This document shows positions 1 through 9,764 of a stretch of 64,000 nt of DNA, piece after piece. The notes under the pieces are model-generated. The model did no database searches. It was not told where the DNA came from and worked only from the letters and a program-made list of their open reading frames with translations. The position numbers and the translations under genes were made by a program. Source of the stretch: an uncultured Gemmatimonadales bacterium (GTDB lineage Bacteria > Gemmatimonadota > Gemmatimonadetes > Longimicrobiales > RSA9); the NCBI GenBank assembly GCA_963798085.1, contig CAWCRS010000003.1, positions 64,001 through 128,000 on the forward strand. The letters are read 5' to 3'. The stretch's first letter is position 1. Every line of letters begins with the position of its first letter.

Positions 1-2237
1 TGCATGGACATCACGTTGATGAAGCGGAAACGCGGCTCCATGGCAACCAGCGCGCTGCGTACGTCGGCAATGCGCTTCGCCGCCTCTCCCGCGGTTCGCA
101 CGACCAGCGCATACGCCGGTTCCGCGAAGACGTGCTGATCGAGCAGCACGTAGTACTGCGGTGCGGGCGGCTCCTGCAGCCCCGTCCGGTTCGCATCCCC
201 CACTACGCCGACGACGCGCGCGCAGGGCGCCCCCCGATGCTGCACCATCAGGCACTGCCCCACGGCACTGCCGTCCGGCCACGCCAGCTTCGCCATGGTC
301 TGATTCACCACTACGACCGGCTCGCTGCCGGGACCATCGCTTGCCGCGAAGCCCCGGCCCTGCAGCACCCGCAGGTCGAGCGCGTCAATGTAACCAGCGG
401 TTACCACGTTGACATAGGGTCCGCCCGCGGGCAGGCGGGGCAGCGAGTCGCGGCCGGGCACGAACAGGTGCGCGGACGAGCTGTTGCCGAAAGGCAGTTC
501 GGCCGCCGCCGCCACGGCGCGCACACCCGGCAGCCGCGGGACTTCGCTGGTGGCGCGCTCGAAGAACCTCGCCAGGCTCGCCGAGTCGACACCCGAACCG
601 TCCGCGTCCGGAATCGCAATCAGCAGGCTGCGCGCGTCGAAGCCGAGGTCCAGCGCGCGCACGTGACGCAGGCTGCGCACGAAGAGGCCGGCGCCGACGA
701 GCAGCACGACGGAAAGTGTCGCCTGCAATACCGTGAGCGCGGCGCGCAGCCGGGCCGTGGACCGCGTGATGCCGCCCTGCTGGACGCGCAGCGTGTCCGC
801 CACGTTCTGGCGCATGGCGGTGAACAGGGGCAGCGCGCACGCCGCGAGGGCCGCCGCCAGCGAGAGAGCCAGACTGAGCAGGATGGTGCGCGCGCTCACG
901 CCGTCGTCCGGCCAGAGCGTACCCGGGAACAGCGTCGAGCGGACAATGGCGCCGCCCCAGCGCGCGACCGCCAGCGCGGCCACGCCGCCCAGCAGCGCCA
1001 GCATCAGGCCCTCCGCCAGCGCCGTCACGGCGATGCGCCCGCGCGTGTTGCCCAGCACGAGGCTGATGCCCAGCTGGCGCTGTGTGCGGATGCCGCGCGC
1101 TAACAGCAGGTTCGCGACATTCACGCAGGCAATGAGCAGCACGAGCAGCGACACGCCGCCCAGCCAGAGCGCGACATTGACTTCGGCCGGCAGGCGGGAG
1201 CCGGCCGCGGCGTTCAGCGGATAGGTGATCACGCGCGCATCAGGATCGTAGCGGCCGCGCGCTATCGCGTCCGCCCGGCCCCGCCGGTGCGCCCGCGTGG
1301 CTTCTGCTTCCGCGGCCGCCACACTGGCGCCGGGCGCCATTCGCGCCACAATGTCGAGCCAGTAGTAGCCGCGATCCTGGAGCAGGTCGGCAGTGTGCGT
1401 CACGGAGCCGAAGCGCCTGGCCGGCAGCCAGAAACTCACGGCTGAGAGATCGACGCCGGTGAACCCCCGCGGTGCTACGCCCACGATGGTCCACGGGCCG
1501 TAGCCGAACTCGAGGTCGCGGCCCAGCACATCGCGCTGTCCGCCGAACATGCTCTGCCACAGCTCCCAGCTCAGCACCACAGTGGCAGGCGCGCCCGGCT
1601 GGTCTTCCGCTTCCGTGAAGAAACGGCCCAGCGCCGGACGCACGCCCAGCACCTGCCAGTAATTACCTGTTACCTGCAGGGCGCGCACCCGGCGGGCTTC
1701 GGTACCGCGACCCACCGTCAGGCGCTCGCTCGAGTACGCCGCAATGCCGGCGAACTGCGAGTTGCCCAGCAGGTCCTCGTAGCCCGGCAGCGGCGCCGTG
1801 CCGTCGACGGAGCGCCGGTGCAGCACGGCCTCGTAGTGCTCGAAGTACACGCGTCGCACCTGCTGCGGCGAGGCAATGTGCCGGGGCGGCGAGAGCAGCA
1901 GGCGATCAATGACGCCGAACATCGTGGCATTGGCGCCGATGCCCAGAGCGAAGGCAAGGATCACACTGAACGAGAGGCCCGGCGTGCGGCGCAGCGACCT
2001 CGCAGCCGCGCGCAGTGCATGGGCCAGCACCAGCGCCCATTGCCGCCGCCGCTGCCTCGCCTGCGTGCCGCGGGCCAGCCGCTGCAGCCGGCGACGGTAC
2101 AGCGCTTCGTCGCCGAAACGACGCCGTGCCTCCGCTTCCGCCGCCTCCCGCGTCCAGCCCGCCGCCCGCAGTTCCGCCACGGCGCGCTCGAAGTGGTACG
2201 CCAGCTCGTCGTCCACGTCCCGCTCCGGAGCGCGCAT
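1..2237 (-). CDS. ADOP/MacB-like ABC permease, 3' end runs off the left edge
   Basis: Read by hand from ATG at 2237 (TGATG overlap with upstream paralog): MRAPERDVDDELAYHFE...LAFALGIGANATMFGVIDRLLL...LLIACVNVANLLLAR; clear paralog of 2237-4921; absent from the ORF track because its stop lies outside the window. Confidence 0.9.
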   Translation of the reverse strand, partial: MRAPERDVDDELAYHFERAVAELRAAGWTREAAEAEARRRFGDEALYRRRLQRLARGTQARQRRRQWALVLAHALRAAARSLRRTPGLSFSVILAFALGIGANATMFGVIDRLLLSPPRHIASPQQVRRVYFEHYEAVLHRRSVDGTAPLPGYEDLLGNSQFAGIAAYSSERLTVGRGTEARRVRALQVTGNYWQVLGVRPALGRFFTEAEDQPGAPATVVLSWELWQSMFGGQRDVLGRDLEFGYGPWTIVGVAPRGFTGVDLSAVSFWLPARRFGSVTHTADLLQDRGYYWLDIVARMAPGASVAAAEAEATRAHRRGRADAIARGRYDPDARVITYPLNAAAGSRLPAEVNVALWLGGVSLLVLLIACVNVANLLLARGIRTQRQLGISLVLGNTRGRIAVTALAEGLMLALLGGVAALAVARWGGAIVRSTLFPGTLWPDDGVSARTILLSLALSLAAALAACALPLFTAMRQNVADTLRVQQGGITRSTARLRAALTVLQATLSVVLLVGAGLFVRSLRHVRALDLGFDARSLLIAIPDADGSGVDSASLARFFERATSEVPRLPGVRAVAAAAELPFGNSSSAHLFVPGRDSLPRLPAGGPYVNVVTAGYIDALDLRVLQGRGFAASDGPGSEPVVVVNQTMAKLAWPDGSAVGQCLMVQHRGAPCARVVGVVGDANRTGLQEPPAPQYYVLLDQHVFAEPAYALVVRTAGEAAKRIADVRSALVAMEPRFRFINVMSM

Positions 2238-4921
2238 CAGTCCGCGCGCAATGCGATGTTAGGATCCACGCGCGCCGCTCGCCATGCGGGCACGCTGCCG
2301 GCCAGCACGGCGACCAGCAGCAGCACCAGCGTCACCGCGGCCAGCGTCGGCGGATCGTACGGCGAGGTGTTGTAGAGGAGGTCGCGCACGCGAGGCGCGA
2401 GCAGCAGCGCGACCCCCAGGCCGATGGCCAGACCCAGCACGGTCACGCGCACGGCGCTGGCCCCCACGATGCCCAGCAGGTGACGGGTGCCCGCGCCCAG
2501 CGCGGAGCGCAGCCCGATCTCGCGCGTGCGCTGCGCCACGTCGAAGGCCAGCACGGAGTAGAGGCCCAGCGTCGCCACCACCAGCGCGAGCAGCCCGAAC
2601 ACGCTGAACATCGCGGCGCCCAGCTTCCACGAGCGGAGTTGCGTCTCGGCCAGATCGGAAAGCGGCTGGATGATGACGTAGCGCAGCCGTGGCTCGAGCG
2701 CGAGCAGCGCTGCGCGCAGTTGCGCGAGGAACGTGGCGTCAGTGCGTGTCGTGCGGAAGAACAGCCGCCGCGGCTGCTGCTGTACACCCGCGTGTCCCAT
2801 GGGCACGTAGTACTGCGCGCTGGGCTGCTCGATCAGACTGCTGCGCCGCGCGTTTTCCACCACGCCGACCACCGTGCTGCACGGCGCTGTATCACTGCCG
2901 ATGATGAGGCACGCGCCCAGTGCCTTGCCGTCGGGCCAGAACAGGTTCGCCAGCGCCTGGTTCACCACGACGACAAGCGCCTTGCCGTTGAATTCCGCGG
3001 GCTGGAAATCGCGGCCGCTCAGGAGACGCAGGTCCATGGTGCGGAAATAGTCGCGGCTGATGGCGCTCACGTAGGGCCCGCCGCTGGGCGGCGTGGGCAA
3101 CGAGTCGCGGCCCGGAATGCGGAGATCCGTGGCAAACGAGAACCAGAAGGGAACACCGCCCGAGAAAGCCGCGCTGCGCACGCCCGGCTGCTGCGCGAGA
3201 AGCTCCGCGGCCGCCGCGTAGAAACGGTCCTTCTGGTCGCCGCTGAGGCTCGAGGCATCGGCCACGGGCTCGGCGGTGAGCAGACCCTTCATGTCGAAAC
3301 CCAGGTCCATCGACTGCACGCGACCCAGGCTGCGCACGAACAGGCCCGCACCCACCAGCAGTACCACGCTGAGCGCGGCCTGCGCCATGGAGAGCGCGGT
3401 GCGCACGCGGTTCGTCGAACGCGCGATGCCGCCCGAGGAAGTCCGCAGAACATCCGCCACGCTGCGCCGGGTGGCCGTGAAGGCCGGCACCAGCCCCGAT
3501 AACACACCTGTCAGCAGGCAGAGGACCAGCAGGAAGAGCAGTCCACGCGCGCTCCAGCCGTGGTCCGTCCACGCGACATCGGGCAGCAGCACGCGGCGCA
3601 CCACGTCACCACCCCAGCGCGTGATGACCAGTGCCGCCAGCCCGCCCAGTCCCGCGAGCAGCACACTCTCCACGAGTGTCTGCCCCGCCAGGCGGGCGCG
3701 GGAGATGCCCATGGCCAGACGGATGCCTGTCTCACGCCGCTGCCGGATGGCGCGCGCCAGCTGCAGATTGGCCACGTTCACGCACGCAATCAGCAGCACG
3801 ATCGCGGAGACGCCGGCAAGCCAGGCCGCTACACGGGCCTCCTTCGGACCATCCGGATCGCGCGCGGCGATCAGGGGCGCCGCCTCGATGCGCACCGCAG
3901 CGTCGTAGTAGCCACGCGCGATGTCTTCCCGGCGACCCGCGCGGTGCAGTCCGGTCGCTGCCGCTTCGGCCGCTGCCGCGGTCGCGCCCGGAGCGAGACG
4001 CACCACCGGGTGCAGCCAGTAGGCGTGTCGCTGCCCCGTCGCAACCCAGTCCTTCCCCATGATCGTCGCGCCGGCCGCCAGGGCGGGCGCCCAGAGATCG
4101 ACGGCATCCAGCTCCACACCGGTGAAGCCCCGTGGCGCCACCCCGATGATCGTGTATGGACCGAAGCCGAAATCGACGATCTGCCCGAGCACGCCCGGCG
4201 CCCCTCGATACATGCGCTGCCACAGGCTGTATCCCAGAACTGCGACCGGCAGGCCACCGGGCCGGTCCTCCTCCTCCGTGAAGAAACGGCCCAGTGCCGG
4301 ACGCACACCCAGCACGCGCCAATAACTGCCTGTTACCAGGAGCGTCTTCACCGTGCGGGCACTCTCGCCCCGGCCGACAATGCGGTCCATCCCCTGCGAG
4401 TACGCCGCAACGCCGGCGAACTGCGGCACGGCGAGCAGATCTTCGTAATCACCGATGGCAACCGTGCCCGTTCGGACGCGCTCGCCCAGGCTCAGTCGGT
4501 TCACGACAATGCGATGCACCGCGTCGGGATCCGCAATGTGCGCGGGCGGCGACAGCAGCAGCCGGTCCACGATCCCGAACATGGTGGCATTGGCACCAAT
4601 GCCGAGCGCAAAGGCGAGGATGATGCCGGCGGAAAGACCGGGGGAACGCCGTATCGAGCGGAGCGCCGTCACGAACGACTGCGCCAGCGCCTGGCGACCG
4701 CTGCGCCAGAGGCGGCCCACACGCGCGGCGCGATCGATGCGCTCGAGATCGCGACGATACTTTTCCGCATCACCGAACCTGCGACGCGCCTCGGCTTCCG
4801 CAGCTTCCCGCGACTCACCCTGCTGCATCAGCTCCTCCACGACCCGCTCGAAATGGTAGGCCAGCTCCTCGTCGATCGACCCGGGCGGCGGCCCCGTGCG
4901 CCATGCGGGTGGCTGCTTCAT
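2237..4921 (-). CDS. ADOP-family (duplicated orphan) ABC permease, MacB/FtsX-like
   Basis: 894 aa; N-terminal DEELAYH...EARRRFGD leader, ALGIGANATMF, LLIACVNVANL, RTREIGLRSALGA, PAWRAARVDP motifs. Confidence 0.93.
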   Translation of the reverse strand: MKQPPAWRTGPPPGSIDEELAYHFERVVEELMQQGESREAAEAEARRRFGDAEKYRRDLERIDRAARVGRLWRSGRQALAQSFVTALRSIRRSPGLSAGIILAFALGIGANATMFGIVDRLLLSPPAHIADPDAVHRIVVNRLSLGERVRTGTVAIGDYEDLLAVPQFAGVAAYSQGMDRIVGRGESARTVKTLLVTGSYWRVLGVRPALGRFFTEEEDRPGGLPVAVLGYSLWQRMYRGAPGVLGQIVDFGFGPYTIIGVAPRGFTGVELDAVDLWAPALAAGATIMGKDWVATGQRHAYWLHPVVRLAPGATAAAAEAAATGLHRAGRREDIARGYYDAAVRIEAAPLIAARDPDGPKEARVAAWLAGVSAIVLLIACVNVANLQLARAIRQRRETGIRLAMGISRARLAGQTLVESVLLAGLGGLAALVITRWGGDVVRRVLLPDVAWTDHGWSARGLLFLLVLCLLTGVLSGLVPAFTATRRSVADVLRTSSGGIARSTNRVRTALSMAQAALSVVLLVGAGLFVRSLGRVQSMDLGFDMKGLLTAEPVADASSLSGDQKDRFYAAAAELLAQQPGVRSAAFSGGVPFWFSFATDLRIPGRDSLPTPPSGGPYVSAISRDYFRTMDLRLLSGRDFQPAEFNGKALVVVVNQALANLFWPDGKALGACLIIGSDTAPCSTVVGVVENARRSSLIEQPSAQYYVPMGHAGVQQQPRRLFFRTTRTDATFLAQLRAALLALEPRLRYVIIQPLSDLAETQLRSWKLGAAMFSVFGLLALVVATLGLYSVLAFDVAQRTREIGLRSALGAGTRHLLGIVGASAVRVTVLGLAIGLGVALLLAPRVRDLLYNTSPYDPPTLAAVTLVLLLVAVLAGSVPAWRAARVDPNIALRAD

Positions 4922-4936
4922 GGGTCCCGCTGCCTG

Positions 4937-5269
4937 TCAGGCGCCCTGCGCCAGCACGCGGAACACCGCTTCCGCGTACTGCGACCACGCCTTCGCTTCT
5001 GTCGCCAGTTGTCGGCGACCCTGCGCCGTCAGCTCGTAGTACTTCGCGCGCCGGTTGTTCTCCGACACGCCCCAGCTCGCTTCGACCCAGCCGCGGCGCT
5101 CCATGCGGTGCAGCGACGTGTAGAGGGCGCCCTCCTCGATCTCCAGCGCGCCACTGGTCACACCCCGCACCCAGCGCGCGACGCCGTAACCGTGCTGCGC
5201 CGTCTGCTCGAGCGCCTTGAGGACGAGCATGTCGAGGGTTCCCTGGAGCAGGTTGAGGTCGTCGTTCAT
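4937..5269 (-). CDS. PadR-family transcriptional regulator (Acidobacterial-type, ADOP-associated)
   Basis: LLQGTLDMLVLK, HGYG, EGALYTSLHRME, WGVSENNRRAKYY motifs; directly upstream of ADOP permeases. Confidence 0.95.
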   Translation of the reverse strand: MNDDLNLLQGTLDMLVLKALEQTAQHGYGVARWVRGVTSGALEIEEGALYTSLHRMERRGWVEASWGVSENNRRAKYYELTAQGRRQLATEAKAWSQYAEAVFRVLAQGA

Positions 5270-5370
5270 GGCTTCCCCTGAAATGTTGATGGAAACAACC
5301 TGTAACGGCTACCGCCAGCGCGCAAGTTGCTTTGCGTCAGTGCCGGGCGTGGCTGGCCGCACCCGCGCCT

Positions 5371-5570
5371 GACTGCGTTGCTGGGGCTGGTTGGGCTGGT
5401 GGCTCGGAAACAGACAACGGATCTCGAACGGCGTCTCCCAGGCTGGGGCTGGGCTGGGGATCGCTGTGTTGCCGGGGTTGGTTGGCGAGAACGGATCACC
5501 GATCTGGAACCGCGTTTCCTGGCTGGCTGCCGGGCTGGTTGCTGGTTCAGCGGATCCTTATGGGGCTGGT
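5371..5570. repeat. GGGCTG-rich intergenic repeat (family C)
   Basis: Starts GACTGCGTTGCTGGGGCTGG; the same ACTGCGTT(T/G)C-GGGGCTGG motif recurs at 7440, 32514 and (inverted) 14161-14200. Confidence 0.6.
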
Positions 5571-5955
5571 ATTGCCCACGTGTGCGCGGGCGGCGGCCTG
5601 CACGGTGCCGTTGCCAGGTGGAGAATCCGTGCAGGGTGCACAGGGATATCCGACCTGCGGCTCGAGCTGCTCGCATGAATGTCTGCTCACGATTGGTCGC
5701 CTCCGCATTCCGTACGCGGTCTCGCACGCCGCTGCGATTCAGCCACGCATCATGAGCGCAATGTGAGCCACCTGCGCGGTCCTTGGCGTGTCGCTGTGGG
5801 GCGTGACTGGAGGCAGAGGTGTGAGGCGCTCGGCTTGCGGCACGCGATACGGCGCATCCACCTTCACGCGCCTGCTGCCGGTCGCGGGCGAGGCCCGTTG
5901 CGGCGGCAGGCGCCACGCGGATCGCCCGCCTGCTTCGTTTGCGGAGCGGTAATCG

Positions 5956-6687
5956 TTGAATCCGACACTGACTGTCCTGCTGTACTCCGGCCTCGCCGCG
6001 GCGACGGCGCCGCTGGGCGTATTGCCGCTACTGTCCGGCCGGCGTCCGCCGATGCGGGTGATGGGCTGGGCCAATGCACTGGCCTCCGGCCTGATGCTGG
6101 GGGTAGCCTATGCGCTGATGGTGTCCGGTCTGGACACCGCGCCACTGCACGGCGGCGTGGGTGCGCTGCTGGGAATCGCGTTCGTGTACGCGACGCACGC
6201 GGCCACGGGCACACAGGATCTGGACCTTAACCGTCTGGATGATCCTCGCCCGGAGTACGGCTATCAGGTGCTTCTGCTGAACATGCTGCACGCGGCCCAT
6301 GAGGGCATCGCCATCGGCGTGGCGATGGCGGTGAGTCTGCCGTTCGGCATTCTGATGGCGCTGGCGCTGGCCGTGCACAACATACCGGAGGCGACGATTC
6401 TCAGTGCGGTCCTGGTGCAGCGCGGCGTGCGGCTGTCTTCGGCGGCGCTGCTGGCGGCGGTGACCAACCTGTTCCAGGTAGTGCTGGCGGTGACGATCTT
6501 CGCGATCATCATGGCCGCGCCCGGCGTGCTGCCCTGGGCGCTGGGCTTTGCGGTGGGCGCGCTCATTTATCTGGTGATGGTGGAGCTGCTGCCGGAGTCG
6601 TATCGCGAAGCGGGCCACACCAGCATCGCGCTCGTGACCATTGTCGCCATGGGCATCGTGGTGCTGCTGCGCGGGCAGCTGCTCTGA
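5956..6687 (+). CDS. ZIP-family metal transporter
   Basis: Hydrophobic 243 aa; ASGLML, HAAHEG, VHNIPE, GFAVGALIYLVMVELLPE motifs; TTG start uncertain. Confidence 0.88.
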   Translation: MNPTLTVLLYSGLAAATAPLGVLPLLSGRRPPMRVMGWANALASGLMLGVAYALMVSGLDTAPLHGGVGALLGIAFVYATHAATGTQDLDLNRLDDPRPEYGYQVLLLNMLHAAHEGIAIGVAMAVSLPFGILMALALAVHNIPEATILSAVLVQRGVRLSSAALLAAVTNLFQVVLAVTIFAIIMAAPGVLPWALGFAVGALIYLVMVELLPESYREAGHTSIALVTIVAMGIVVLLRGQLL

Positions 6688-7430
6688 TGTCCGGCGCCAC
6701 GTGGCACAATGGCGTGCTGGTTTTCATCTACGCACTGGCCACGGCGCTGGCCACCGGGCTGGGGGCGATTCCCTTCGCGTTTCTGAAACAGCTCTCGGCG
6801 CACGTGGTGGCGCACGCCAACGCCATTGCCTCGGGTCTCATGCTGGGCGCCAGCTTCGGTCTGGTCTCGGCGGGCACGGGCTATGGCAGCGCCCAGACGG
6901 TGGCGGGCGCGGTGCTGGGCGTGGTCTTCATCCTGATAACACAGCATTATCTGTCCGACCACGAGCTGGGGTTTGGTGGCATGGGCGGCGCGGGCGCGCG
7001 CCAGATGCTGCTGCTGCTGGTGGTGATGACCGTGCACAGTTTTTCCGAGGGCGTGGCGGTGGGCGTGGCCTTCGGCGGCGGCCAGGCGCTGGCCGCGGTG
7101 ATCACCATCGCCATTGCCGTGCACAACATCCCCGAGGGGCTGGCCATCAGCGCAGTCATGCGACCGCGCGGCGTGAGCGTGGCGAAATGCGCGGTCTGGA
7201 GCGTGGTCTCTTCGCTGCCGCAGCCGCTCATGGCTGTGCCTGCGTACCTGTTCGTGGAAGAAGTGCGGCCCTCGCTGCCGTACGGCCTGGGCTTCGCCGC
7301 GGGCGCCATGGTCTTCATGGTGCTGGTCGAGCTGCTGCCCGAAGCCTATGGCCAGGGCCGGCGGCCGTCGGTCGCCATGCTGGCCAGCATATCGATCATC
7401 GCGATGGTGCTGTTTCAGCATTACCTGTAG
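6687..7430 (+). CDS. ZIP-family metal transporter
   Basis: ATGLGA, HSFSEG, IAVHNIPEG, GFAAGAM, ELLPEA; TGATG overlap with upstream ZIP. Confidence 0.92.
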   Translation: MSGATWHNGVLVFIYALATALATGLGAIPFAFLKQLSAHVVAHANAIASGLMLGASFGLVSAGTGYGSAQTVAGAVLGVVFILITQHYLSDHELGFGGMGGAGARQMLLLLVVMTVHSFSEGVAVGVAFGGGQALAAVITIAIAVHNIPEGLAISAVMRPRGVSVAKCAVWSVVSSLPQPLMAVPAYLFVEEVRPSLPYGLGFAAGAMVFMVLVELLPEAYGQGRRPSVAMLASISIIAMVLFQHYL

Positions 7431-7441
7431 GGACTGCGAAC

Positions 7442-7655
7442 TGCGTTGCTCGGGCCGGGGCTGGGATTCACGAAATCGACGGCGTAGCCGGGGCTGGTTG
7501 CTGGCGCTGGTTGCTGGGGAACGGCGTGCACGGGAACAGAATGCGTTGCTCGGGCCGGGGATCGGGCTGGGCTGAGATTCACGAAATCGACGGCGTAGCC
7601 GGGGCTGGTTGCTGGCGCTGGTTGCTGGGGAACGGCGTGCACGGAAACGGAATGC
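7442..7655. repeat. ~100-bp direct duplication (family C repeat)
   Basis: TGCGTTGCTCGGGCCGGGG...GATTCACGAAATCGACGGCGTAGCCGGGGCTGGTTGCTGGCGCTGGTTGCTGGGGAACGGCGTGCACGG present twice (7442 and 7542). Confidence 0.9.
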
Positions 7656-7833
7656 AATTCACGGCTGGGGACACGATCACGGATTGGCGGCGGGATGGCT
7701 GGCTGCTGCACTGGAAGAAGGGATAACGCGTGGTTGCAAAGCGGAGGGGTCGGAGTGGTGCGTGGCAAATTGAGGCGGGTGGCCGCGAGGCGAAGCTGCT
7801 GACACGCCTGTCAGCAGGGGCCAGGGGCCGGGC

Positions 7834-8886
7834 ATGAATCGCAAGGGGCAACTGGCGCTCTTCGTGGCGGGCGGGTCGCTCTTCGCGTTCCTCATCCATC
7901 ACATCGGCTTCGGCAACATCGTGCAGGATGCGCGGCGCACGGGTTGGATGACGATTCCGATCGTGCTGGTCTATCTGCCGGTGTACATGTGCAATGCGGC
8001 GGCGTGGCAGCTGATCCTGTCGCGCTCGCCGGCGAGGCCGCGCTACTGGAAGACGCTGGTCATCATCATTTCGGGGTTTGCCATCAACTACGTGACGCCC
8101 ATTGTCAGCCTGGGTGGTGAGCCGTACAAGATCGCGGCGGTGGCGCCCTGGACGGGGCCCCGTCGGGCCACGTCGTCCATCATCCTGGCGACCATGCTGC
8201 ATGCGCTCAGCCATCTGATGATCTGGCTGACCGCGGTGGTGGTGGCGCTCATTCTGCTACCGCACAATGCGGCGACGGTCATCAGTCTGGGTGTACTCGG
8301 CCTGGTGCTGCTGCTGCTCATCTCGTTCGTGTTCACCCGCCACCGCGAGGGTGTGCTCGAGGATGCGGTGTCGCTGCTGGCGAAGGTGCCGCTGATCCGG
8401 CGCGTGGCGCGCAAGTGGCAGCAGCGCGGCAGGCAGCTGGCGCGCATCGACCGGCAGATCGCGGAGCTGTGGGTTCACGACCGTGTACGGTTCTTCCTGG
8501 CGCTCGGCTTCGAGTACCTGGGCCGCGCCATCGGCATGCTCGAGTTCATGCTGATCTTCGCCGCGCTGGGCCGGCCCATCGGCTACTGGCGCGCCTTCCT
8601 CACGGGCAGCTTCACCTCGCTCATCACTAACATTCTGTTTTTCGTGCCCCTGGGGCTGGGCTCGAAGGAGGGGTCGCTGTTCGGCGTGGCGCAGGTGCTG
8701 GGCCAGCCGGGCAGCTCGGGCGTGTTCGCCTCGCTGGTCAGCCGGCTGCGCGAGATGTTCTGGATCACGGTGGGCCTCTCGCTGATCTGGGCCAGTGGCA
8801 CGCCGACGAACGTCCGGCGCCGGCGGCGGCCGCTGCTGGCCAGTGCCGGCGCCGCGGCTTCCCGCAATGCGCCCGGCGTGACCTGA
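7834..8886 (+). CDS. Lysylphosphatidylglycerol synthase TM-domain (flippase-like) membrane protein
   Basis: Multi-TM; AINYVTPIVSLGGEPYK and VPLGLGSKEG motifs, ASLVSRLREMFW. Confidence 0.8.
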   Translation: MNRKGQLALFVAGGSLFAFLIHHIGFGNIVQDARRTGWMTIPIVLVYLPVYMCNAAAWQLILSRSPARPRYWKTLVIIISGFAINYVTPIVSLGGEPYKIAAVAPWTGPRRATSSIILATMLHALSHLMIWLTAVVVALILLPHNAATVISLGVLGLVLLLLISFVFTRHREGVLEDAVSLLAKVPLIRRVARKWQQRGRQLARIDRQIAELWVHDRVRFFLALGFEYLGRAIGMLEFMLIFAALGRPIGYWRAFLTGSFTSLITNILFFVPLGLGSKEGSLFGVAQVLGQPGSSGVFASLVSRLREMFWITVGLSLIWASGTPTNVRRRRRPLLASAGAAASRNAPGVT

Positions 8887-8957
8887 GCCCGGCGCGGTTG
8901 CCCGCCGCCCGGCCGCCGCCTACCTTGCGTGGCAATCCGGCCCCGGCGTATGGCCGT

Positions 8958-8985
8958 ACGCTCCTAACATTACTGTTAGGAGCGT
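8958..8985. promoter_or_regulatory. Perfect 12-bp inverted repeat (operator or hairpin)
   Basis: ACGCTCCTAACA-TTAC-TGTTAGGAGCGT. Confidence 0.5.
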
Positions 8986-9072
8986 GGATGTGCAGGGGCG
9001 CCTCGATCCATTCTGAGTCGGGCCGCCTCCTGCGCAGCGTGGCCACTGTGTGCCCGTCCGGAACCCATATGC

Positions 9073-9555
9073 GTGGAGGCGCAAGTGCCCAGAGTCGTCG
9101 AGATCGATTCAGCAGCGGACGTGGAGCAGGCGCGCGACGATTTTCTTGCCGAGCTGGAGGCGCAGAAAGCGAAGTTCTCGGGCACGTACAACGCCTACCA
9201 ACAGATGGCGATTGACTTCGCCCAGGGCGTGACTCTGGTGTTCGGCAATCGCATGCTGCGCAGCAAGCAGCAGTTCTTCAAGCTGCTCAACGACCGGGAC
9301 GAGGTCATCGGGCTGTTGCGGGTCAAGATCCAGACGGACTCGATCCACATCGATCAGGTCACGGCTCTGGGCGGCGGGAAGTTCCTCGTGGAAAGAGCCA
9401 AGCAGATCGCGATCAACCTGCAAAAGGATGAGGTCAACCTGAGTACGGCGGACGAGGGGCTGCCGTCGTACTACGCGCACCTTGGTTTCGAGATGACCTC
9501 GAAGGGCGCGAAGACAGGAGAAATGCACTGGAAGGTGCCGCCGCTCGGACACTGA
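9073..9555 (+). CDS. Hypothetical protein, probable GNAT fold
   Basis: C-terminal half IGLL...IHIDQV..GGGKFLV...VNLST...SYYAHLGF follows the GNAT motif A/B pattern; clean codon usage. Confidence 0.6.
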   Translation: MEAQVPRVVEIDSAADVEQARDDFLAELEAQKAKFSGTYNAYQQMAIDFAQGVTLVFGNRMLRSKQQFFKLLNDRDEVIGLLRVKIQTDSIHIDQVTALGGGKFLVERAKQIAINLQKDEVNLSTADEGLPSYYAHLGFEMTSKGAKTGEMHWKVPPLGH

Positions 9556-9764
9556 GCCGCGCGCACCCGCCTTCGCGCGCCGCCTTGTTGACGTGCCGGC
9601 TTCCGGCCGGCGACTGAAACGCACGGAGGCCGGACTCGCGCGGGGCGTGGCATGTGCTGGCGCCCGGAGGTGGAGTCGTCGCTTGCAACCGGATCCGTGG
9701 TTGCCCAATCTGCGGGATCCCCCGCGGGCGGCGCGCCGCGCCGCGATCTGACCAGCGAGGCCTC

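Noticed and set aside
132..5281. Long plus-strand ORFs (323, 495, 573 aa) and similar antisense ORFs throughout the window (e.g. 16293-18647, 23255-25432)
   Set aside because: Shadow frames of real genes in high-GC DNA; Arg/Ala-rich with no motifs.
5272..5296. PadR operator palindrome over the padR RBS
   Set aside because: The symmetry (TTCC...GGAA) is too weak to call by eye.
5560..5720. Decayed four-helix-bundle (IVS) gene between GGGCTG repeats
   Set aside because: Only a faint resemblance (RAAACTVPL); not supportable without a search.
8958..8985. Integron attC site (CCTAAC...GTTAGG)
   Set aside because: Only 28 bp, with no L boxes or extrahelical bases, no cassette array and no integrase.
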